A stretch of 64,000 nt of DNA from an uncultured Chloroflexia bacterium (GTDB taxonomy: Bacteria > Chloroflexota > Chloroflexia > Thermomicrobiales > Thermomicrobiaceae). The translations under genes were made by a program, and so were the position numbers. The stretch lies in NCBI GenBank assembly GCA_963789565.1, contig CAWBKX010000001.1, positions 11,004 through 75,003 on the forward strand. The letters run 5' to 3'. This document shows, piece after piece, positions 1 through 6,680 of this stretch (within the stretch, counting starts at the first letter, position 1; every line of letters begins with the position of its first letter). The notes under the pieces were generated by a model that searched no databases, was not told where the DNA came from, and saw nothing but the letters and a program-made list of their open reading frames with translations.

Positions 1-2
1 GG

Positions 3-860
3 GTGACGATCAACGAACCGTGGACTTTCGGGATGTCAGGCTATCTGGATGGAGAGGATGCACCAGGTCTGCGCCTCGACCTCGGCTCTGCCCTGCGCGT
101 CGCGCATCACGCACTCCTGGCGCATGGATCGGCGGTCGAAGTGCTGCGCGCCAACGTGCCGACTGCGGAAATCGGCATCGTGTTGGACGTGAACCATGTC
201 GAACCGGCCAGCGACAGCGACGAAGACGTGGCCGCTGCCCATCGCTACGACGGAATCCAGAATCGCATGTATCTGGACGCGCTGTTTCACGGACGCTATC
301 CCGAAGACATCATCCAGCTTGTCGGAGAAGCGGCGCCGGAGGTTGAAGTAGCCGATATGAGGCACATCAACACACCGATCGACTTCCTGGGGATCAACCT
401 GTATCGTCGCACTGTGGTCGCGGCTGGCGACGAATTGCCCCCGATCAACTACCGCAGGGTCGATCCGCCCGGGGAATATACGTTGATGGGCTGGGAGGTC
501 TCACAAAGCGCGCTGTATGACACGCTTCTAGACGTCAACCGAAGATACGCTCCGAAGGCCCTTTACGTCACAGAGAATGGCGCTGCGTTCGCCGACGTCG
601 TTTCAGGCGACGGACGTATACATGACGATCGACGCACGGATTATTTCCGTAACCATCTCTCGCAACTGCAGCGCGCCATCGCGGACGGCGTCCCGCTCAA
701 AGGCTATTTCGCCTGGAGCCTGATGGATAACTTCGAATGGGCCTATGGCTACACGACGCCGTTCGGCATCGTTCACGTCGATTTCGCCACTCAGAAACGC
801 ACGATCAAGGACAGCGGTTATTTCGTGGCCGACGTGGCCGCGCGCAACGCGCTCGATTGA
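3..860 (+). CDS. GH1 family beta-glucosidase, 5'-truncated by window start
   Basis: The ORF is open to the window edge. It has NEPW (acid/base NEP), YVTENGAAF (nucleophile ENG) and the C-terminal FAWSLMDNFEWAYGY, all typical of GH1. Confidence 0.9.
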   Translation: MTINEPWTFGMSGYLDGEDAPGLRLDLGSALRVAHHALLAHGSAVEVLRANVPTAEIGIVLDVNHVEPASDSDEDVAAAHRYDGIQNRMYLDALFHGRYPEDIIQLVGEAAPEVEVADMRHINTPIDFLGINLYRRTVVAAGDELPPINYRRVDPPGEYTLMGWEVSQSALYDTLLDVNRRYAPKALYVTENGAAFADVVSGDGRIHDDRRTDYFRNHLSQLQRAIADGVPLKGYFAWSLMDNFEWAYGYTTPFGIVHVDFATQKRTIKDSGYFVADVAARNALD

Positions 861-889
861 GCTGCCCGCGCCAGTTAGGCGCGGGCAGC
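861..889. terminator. Perfect 12-bp GC-rich hairpin between convergent genes (bidirectional terminator candidate)
   Basis: The sequence is GCTGCCCGCGCC-agtta-GGCGCGGGCAGC. It starts immediately after the beta-glucosidase stop and lies 28 nt from the stop of the minus-strand gene. There is no clear U-tract. Confidence 0.5.
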
Positions 890-916
890 GGCATCTGTCG
901 TTCGGCAGTCTTCAGG

Positions 917-2455
917 CTAATTCCGTGCGGCGCGACCGGGTTCGGCGGGGTTACTGGCGAGTGCCAGCACGGCCTGAGCCCCCACCGCCACCTCCGAGCC
1001 AATCGTCCCATCGGTATTCACCAGGACGGCCGAGGGTATTCCGGTCGCTCCGAACGCTCTCCCGGTGGTGAACCCCTGATCCAGCAGCAGCGTCGAACGC
1101 AGTCCCAATTGCTGGTTGGCCTCTACCGTCCCGGTGCTCACGATGAGCAGCTTGGGAGCATCCTTGGGTCGACGCGCCTCCCAGTCCTTGAGATCCCCCA
1201 ACATGCGTTGGCAGAACCCACAACCCGGATTCCAAAAAAGGAGGAGCGTGCGTTCCCCGCGGAAGCCGGCCAGCTTGACCGTCTCGCCCGTGAGGTCGGG
1301 TAACGCCACCTTCGGTGCCGCCGTCCCGATGCGACTGGTCGGTGGTGGCGCTGAACCGTTGCCATGGCCATTGCCATTGTTGGCTGGTCGCGGAGCGGCC
1401 ACGGGCACGGCTGGCTGCCCGCTCGTGCGCAGCACCAACTGCCGGATCTGCTCGGCGCCCATGGCCAGCGGACTCTGAATGCGTCCATCCGTCCCGATCA
1501 GGACGGCCCCCGGTGTGCCAGTCGACTGATAGGACTCGGCCACTTCGCGATCCTGCTGCAAGAGGATCTGGGTCACGCCATGCTCGGTTCCCTTGGCACG
1601 GTTCTCGTCCGCCGATCCCCGGCTGATGAGGGCCAGGGTGAATCGTCCCGCATGTTCCCGTTGCCATGTGCCGATCTCGGGCAGTAAGGCGTTACAGGGG
1701 CCACAGTGGGGATCACTGAAGAGGAGGAGGGTGGGTTTCCCGGCTGCGCGCAAGGCGTCCAGCGTGAGCGTTTCCCCGTGGAGGCCACTGAGGCGGAACG
1801 CGGGAGCCAGCGAGCCCACCGGCAGTCCCGCCGCGGGGGCGGCCGGAGCGGCCGGCCGTACAGCGACCCCATCCACTCCCGTGCCCGCTTCCAACGTCTC
1901 GACGCGGGCCAGCAAGCGACCATTCTGCTGCAAGAGATGCAGCAGCAACCAGCCTTCGCCGATGATGGCCAACGTCAGCAGCACCCCAACGACGATGCCC
2001 AGGTCTTCCATGCCCGTCCGATCTCCCATCCAGCCCACGGCACTGGTGCCCGCATCCCCATGCCCCGCCACCACCACGAACCCAGCAATCAGGGACAACA
2101 CCCCGTTGCGGGCGAGGGTGGACCAGCCGACCGGCTCGGAGTGGAGTTGGCCGAAGCAGTGACAATCAGGTGCCTGACCCCGGGCCATGGTGACGCCGAC
2201 GCCGGCGATGAAGAGGAGCAAGAGGGTCAAGGCGGCCAGACCACCCCACCAGGCCGAGGCCACTGGGATGAGGACGACCGCCGAGGCCAGCTCCGCCAGC
2301 GGGAGCAGCAAACCAAAGGGACCGGCCAGAACCGAGGGCACGCCAAAGCCAGTCATGGCCGCCCGTGATCCCGACAGATCGGCCAGTTTGGCCAGACCGG
2401 CCACCACGAAGACGACCGCCAAGATCAGCCGTGCCGCCAGTAATACCAAATCCAC
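917..2455 (-). CDS. MauE/DoxX-type membrane domain fused to two TlpA/ResA-like thioredoxin domains (thiol-disulfide oxidoreductase)
   Basis: GTG start preceded by AGGAGG. The hydrophobic N-terminal ~130 aa carry the PDCHCFG motif (MauE-type CxCFG), followed by an extra TM. Two thioredoxin folds follow, with CGPC and CGFC active sites in TlpA-like context (LLLFSDPHCGPC, LLLFWNPGCGFC). Confidence 0.75.
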   Translation of the reverse strand: MDLVLLAARLILAVVFVVAGLAKLADLSGSRAAMTGFGVPSVLAGPFGLLLPLAELASAVVLIPVASAWWGGLAALTLLLLFIAGVGVTMARGQAPDCHCFGQLHSEPVGWSTLARNGVLSLIAGFVVVAGHGDAGTSAVGWMGDRTGMEDLGIVVGVLLTLAIIGEGWLLLHLLQQNGRLLARVETLEAGTGVDGVAVRPAAPAAPAAGLPVGSLAPAFRLSGLHGETLTLDALRAAGKPTLLLFSDPHCGPCNALLPEIGTWQREHAGRFTLALISRGSADENRAKGTEHGVTQILLQQDREVAESYQSTGTPGAVLIGTDGRIQSPLAMGAEQIRQLVLRTSGQPAVPVAAPRPANNGNGHGNGSAPPPTSRIGTAAPKVALPDLTGETVKLAGFRGERTLLLFWNPGCGFCQRMLGDLKDWEARRPKDAPKLLIVSTGTVEANQQLGLRSTLLLDQGFTTGRAFGATGIPSAVLVNTDGTIGSEVAVGAQAVLALASNPAEPGRAARN

Positions 2456-2529
2456 TTAAGCCTCCTGAACGATGATTACGATGCGGTACTGTCCGCGCCG
2501 CGACGGTGTATGCCGATGCGCCGCGATTA

Positions 2530-3816
2530 CTAGCAATTGGTCAGGCATTGGCCGTAGCAACAGACACCGCTGTTTTCGCATGGAGTTCCGTTGGGTTGGA
2601 CCACACATGCTCCACCCTCACACAGGCTGCAGCTAACGACGCCGCACAGCGTCCCATCTGGAACCGAAACGCATTGCTCACCCTCGCAGAAATTGCAGAG
2701 AACGCTGCATGGTCCGCCCGAACAGGTTTCGCCCTGGCCACATTTCGTGCCGTCCGTCTGGCCGGCGCAGATCCCGCAGTTGTCCTGACAAGTACCACTA
2801 CAGCAGACCTGGCCACTCCCGCAGTCGGTGTTGTCCTGTGCGTGAACGCACGCGCCAGACGTCGGGTCGCACGTCTGACATTCGGGACAGGTGACGTTCT
2901 TACACAGGTCCTGGCAGGCGCAGGTTTCCGGGTCCTGTAACTGATCGGGTGGGCAGCTTGCCGTGCACTGACAACGGCAGATGTCGAGGCTGAAGGTCTT
3001 TCCTTGCGGACAGGTGCTGCTGACGCATTGGTCCTGACAGCAGAGTCTTGTCGGATCGGTGGCGTCGCAGGCCGCGCCGTCGATCTGGTTCTGGCAAACG
3101 TCGCACTGGCAGGTGGTCGGATCAGGCGGTTGGCCGTCTGAACATGCTGGAATGCAGGTGTTGTTGCAGCACGTGAAGTCTGGCCCGTCACAGTTCTCGC
3201 ACCCCGGGCAGCAATCGCAAGCGCCCTTCTGCGCGTCCGTGTAGGCGTTTCGTCCCGTCGCCGTCCGAGACACCGCGAGGTAGTAGAGACGGGCATCGAC
3301 GCTGATGCAGACGGTGCGCATATAGGTCTGGTACCAGCTTCTGCCGGGATAGGCTGCGGCGCATTGGGCGGACAGGTCGTTGAAGAAGTTGGTGTCGCAG
3401 GTGGACTTGGTGCTGTTGCACGTGTCGTAGCAGATGTCGTGGTTGTTGCAGGCGGGCGTGAAATCGACATTGCGCAACGGCCCGATGCGGTTGGGGATGA
3501 GGTACCGGGCGAAGCCATTCTCAGGACCGCAGCCGTTGAATGCGGGTGTATGACCAGGGTGCGGCACGCGGTTCGGGCAGAGGTCGAGGTTTGCGATGGG
3601 ATACCGCGGTTGGATCCCAGCCGGTTCACAGCATTGAGTCGTTGGATCGTAGGGCTCACCGTTACAGGTGGGAGCCGCGGCGAACGCGCCCGGTATGCGG
3701 ACCGAACGCCCAATGACCACCGTGGCGACGCCGGCCAGCAACCCCTTCATCACCTGGCGACGCGAGGTGGCACGTCCCAGAGTGCGGGTCAAGTCGTCGA
3801 AACGCCAATCTTGCAT
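2530..3816 (-). CDS. Tat-leader secreted cysteine-rich protein with group-XII-like phospholipase A2 domain
   Basis: I trimmed the start to the ATG at 3816 (GAGGA upstream), because the paralog at 6084 begins with the same MQDWRFDDLTR leader. The twin-arginine motif is TSRRQVMKGLL plus an h-region. It has NGCGPE...ACNNHDICYDTCNSTKSTCDTNF (sPLA2 HD-CY core). By hand count the C-terminal ~215 aa contain 49 Cys. Confidence 0.75.
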   Translation of the reverse strand: MQDWRFDDLTRTLGRATSRRQVMKGLLAGVATVVIGRSVRIPGAFAAAPTCNGEPYDPTTQCCEPAGIQPRYPIANLDLCPNRVPHPGHTPAFNGCGPENGFARYLIPNRIGPLRNVDFTPACNNHDICYDTCNSTKSTCDTNFFNDLSAQCAAAYPGRSWYQTYMRTVCISVDARLYYLAVSRTATGRNAYTDAQKGACDCCPGCENCDGPDFTCCNNTCIPACSDGQPPDPTTCQCDVCQNQIDGAACDATDPTRLCCQDQCVSSTCPQGKTFSLDICRCQCTASCPPDQLQDPETCACQDLCKNVTCPECQTCDPTSGACVHAQDNTDCGSGQVCCSGTCQDNCGICAGQTDGTKCGQGETCSGGPCSVLCNFCEGEQCVSVPDGTLCGVVSCSLCEGGACVVQPNGTPCENSGVCCYGQCLTNC

Positions 3817-3985
3817 GAGAGGTCCTCGCGCTATCGAACGAGACGGCCCGCGACTCACCGCCGGAACGGTCGAGTCGGTGGCGAAAACTGACGCCACGCG
3901 TACTGCGCAACGACAACGACGGTGGATACGCGGATGGCCGGAGCGATCCCGCTCGCTCCGGTCATGGCACTGTAACCGGCCGGCG

Positions 3986-4111
3986 TTACTTGGGCGTTAT
4001 AAGGCCGTTCATGGCCTGCCGCGAGCCGGGAAGATCCACCAGGTTGGCCAGATCCGGCACCGCGAAGACGACCGCCAAGTTTAGCCGCGCCGCCGGCAAG
4101 AGTACGTCCAC
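3986..4111 (-). pseudogene. Truncated remnant of a second MauE-like gene (first ~41 codons only)
   Basis: The minus-strand translation is VDVLLPAARLNLAVVFAVPDLANLVDLPGSRQAMNGLITPK*. It aligns with the N-terminus of the 917-2455 product (MDLVLLAARLILAVVFVVAGLAKLADLSGSRAAMTGFGVP). The two share a 17-nt identical run, cttggcggtcgtcttcg. It then hits a stop. Confidence 0.55.
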
Positions 4112-4251
4112 TCAACCCCCCAAACTAAGGTCTGCCTGCAACCTGGGCCAGGCGGCGCTTTCAACCGTTCGGACGTGGAACTATCGGTATCACTCATTCG
4201 GTGGACGTCGCGGAGTGCCTCCGCCGTCATCATCGCATCGCTCATATACCG

Positions 4252-6084
4252 TTAATCCGATGCTCCTCCGTGGTTTACACAGCAGGCCGCGTCGTCCTGA
4301 CTCTGCGAGCAACAGATGTAGCTTCCGTCGGCGCAGTAGGCGTAGACGAAATCGGCTGCACAGCAGGTGCCATCTGCGTCCGCATACGGGGTGTCGCAGC
4401 ACATCGACACCGTTTGCTCCGGATCGTTGGCGCACATTTGGCCGTCGGAACAACATACGTGATTGCCGTCGATGATGCAGAACTGATCCACGGAACAACA
4501 GGCTCCGCTGTCGTCGGGTGCTTGGTCGGTTGGACAGCAGACGGCAGTGCCCCCAGATGTATAGCCGCATTGTTCAGTCGCTGCGTCGCAGCAGGTATTG
4601 CCGCAGAGCGTTTGTGTTCCAACAGTGCAGCAGACACCGTTTTGGGAACCGCACAGTGTCTCGCCATTGTCGCCAGCGCAGCACGGCTCACCGTCGTAAC
4701 AACAGATTTGACTCTCGAAGAGGTCCGGAGGGCACTGCTGCCCGTTCTGGCCGGCGGAACAGGGTCCGCATTCAGCGCCAGCGGTGCAGACGCCATGACA
4801 GCAGACTTGATTCGAACCGCAGGACGTGTTGTCCGGCTCTGGATCGCACGTTCCGCCAGCTCCGCATGTCGTGCAGGTCGGACAGCTGCGCTGAGCGTCA
4901 GGTACGCATGTACCCCCATTGCACTGTCCACAGGCACCGCAGTTCTCACCGTCGACGCTGGGATCGGCCACACAACCACTATCACCCTGCAATTGACAAG
5001 GCGGGCAGCCACCTTTTCCGTTGCCATCGCCGCATTCGCATGTCCGCGGATCCTGTGCCTGACCCTCGGGACACGTGACAGGCGGACATGTGCACGTGCA
5101 ACTGTCGTAGTCGAATGTCTGATTGCCGACACATACGATCGACACGCATGCACCTGAGCAGCAGCCCAAGCCACTGCCGCACTCCGTGCCATTTGACGAC
5201 GGTGTGCATTGTCCGGATTCAGGGTCACATTCCTGGCAGGAGTCGCACTCCTTCGGGACGCACGGGCCGCTCGGGTCATTGGGACTATAAACATCGCACG
5301 GTCCGCAGATCGGATCGCAGCTCACGAGGAACGTCAGCGGGTTCACCGCACAGCGCTCGTTCGCTTGACAGCATGTTCGGTTGAACCAACTTGAACAGAT
5401 CGTCGTATCCGGCGGGCACTGGCACTCACCGTCGATACAGGACAGATCGTCGCAATCGTGCCCGCAGCGTCCACAATTCTTGGGGTCGGATTGCAGATCG
5501 GAGCAGGTGACGCTGGAGGATGGATCACTCAATCCGAACGGCAGCCCCGGACTGACGTGTCTACAACACGTATTGCCGGCAGCGCAGCACCCGTCACCGC
5601 AGCATGATTCGCCTGTCTCGCAGCAATACTGAGGCTGGCCGATCGGCAATCCAAAACCCGTGTTCGGCGGACACTGTACCCCTGATTCACAGCAGTTCGA
5701 TCCACGACAGCAATGATCGTCAAGACACTGTTCGCCGCGCGGACATTGGGCCCGGTCGCATGCCGCGAGTGCATTGAAGTAATTTCGATCCACGAGCATT
5801 TTGCATACAAAGTCGATCACCGTGCCCGTGTTGCCGCCCTCATTCTCTCCCAAATGCGATCCGCAGGCGGTCATGTTCGCGTCACGGTTTGCTTTGGCAT
5901 CCGAGTAGCATTGATCCAGCGCCGCGCTGGAGCACGTCGCGCCCACCGCGCCAGCCTCGGGCACACTGATGGAACGACCAATGACGACGGCCGCGACGCC
6001 GCCGAGCAATCCCTTCAGCACGCCGCGCCGTGAGGTCGCCGTGCCCAACGATCTAGTCAGATCGTCGAATCGCCAGTCTTGCAT
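4252..6084 (-). CDS. Tat-leader secreted hyper-cysteine-rich protein (paralog of 2530-3816, no PLA2 motif)
   Basis: ATG at 6084 with GAGGGG upstream. The leader MQDWRFDDLTRSLGTATSRRGVLKGLLGGVAAVVIGRS is near-identical to the paralog. I count about 96 Cys in ~610 aa. It shares modules with the paralog (ECGSGLGCCSGAC vs DCGSGQVCCSGTC; CPEGQAQDPRTCEC vs CPPDQLQDPETCAC). Confidence 0.8.
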   Translation of the reverse strand: MQDWRFDDLTRSLGTATSRRGVLKGLLGGVAAVVIGRSISVPEAGAVGATCSSAALDQCYSDAKANRDANMTACGSHLGENEGGNTGTVIDFVCKMLVDRNYFNALAACDRAQCPRGEQCLDDHCCRGSNCCESGVQCPPNTGFGLPIGQPQYCCETGESCCGDGCCAAGNTCCRHVSPGLPFGLSDPSSSVTCSDLQSDPKNCGRCGHDCDDLSCIDGECQCPPDTTICSSWFNRTCCQANERCAVNPLTFLVSCDPICGPCDVYSPNDPSGPCVPKECDSCQECDPESGQCTPSSNGTECGSGLGCCSGACVSIVCVGNQTFDYDSCTCTCPPVTCPEGQAQDPRTCECGDGNGKGGCPPCQLQGDSGCVADPSVDGENCGACGQCNGGTCVPDAQRSCPTCTTCGAGGTCDPEPDNTSCGSNQVCCHGVCTAGAECGPCSAGQNGQQCPPDLFESQICCYDGEPCCAGDNGETLCGSQNGVCCTVGTQTLCGNTCCDAATEQCGYTSGGTAVCCPTDQAPDDSGACCSVDQFCIIDGNHVCCSDGQMCANDPEQTVSMCCDTPYADADGTCCAADFVYAYCADGSYICCSQSQDDAACCVNHGGASD

Positions 6085-6289
6085 TCCCGTCCCCTCAGAC
6101 CACCGCCCGCGCTCAATCGAATTGCCGTCCGTGGCAAGTCGCCCACGTCGTTCCTGTGTTCCGACGTCCTGAACCGTGATCAAGCATTCCAGTAACGGTT
6201 TGCCGACCACGTAATGGACGAATCGTGTCGCGGATACGGTGGTGAAATCTTCGCGCGACCTACTCTCCCCGTTTGAGGGTACACATTGG

Positions 6290-6311
6290 GCGTTATTTGA
6301 GCGTTATTTGC
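6290..6311. repeat. Tandem direct repeat GCGTTATTTGA/GCGTTATTTGC in an AT-rich divergent intergenic region
   Basis: Two 10-11-nt copies sit head to tail (about one helical turn), ~205 bp upstream of the Cys-rich gene start. The local base composition is visibly lower in GC than the flanks. Confidence 0.4.
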
Positions 6312-6680
6312 CACGTCCATTCTCGAATTGACACATTCATGTATTTCTCGAAAAGCATTCCACTGAACGCACCAGGCACAATAAGCTGATTGTCGTTTCT
6401 GGACTGATTTTCACGTTCCGGCGCACCGGCATTTTGCTTGAGCGCCAAATGAACAAACGGCACCCAGGTATCTGCAAAATCCGACAGCACCACTAACACG
6501 AAAATAACGCTCCATTGTTATGGTGAGCAATTAGGGGCACCGACTTTCGGACTCGGTGGGCCATTTTGCCGTCAAATCAGGGAACATCGGCTTTTTACGC
6601 GTTGGCGGACCTGGAAGCAAACGCGCGTATGGCTTTCAGGTGACGGGCCGGTGAGTCTGTCGGTAAGGGATAGGGAATAC

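Noticed and set aside
4201-5294. Alternative-frame ORFs (318 aa plus strand, 339 aa minus strand) inside the Cys-rich gene
   Set aside because: The Cys-rich frame is the only one open across the full 1.8 kb. It has an RBS and a Tat leader, and its paralog conserves the same frame. The alternatives are Ala/Arg/Val-rich shadows of the TGC/GCA-rich sequence.
6293-6499. 68-aa minus-strand ORF in the AT-rich intergenic island
   Set aside because: It has no RBS, an odd composition and no motif. It is more likely non-coding promoter DNA, so I kept only the direct repeat as a feature.
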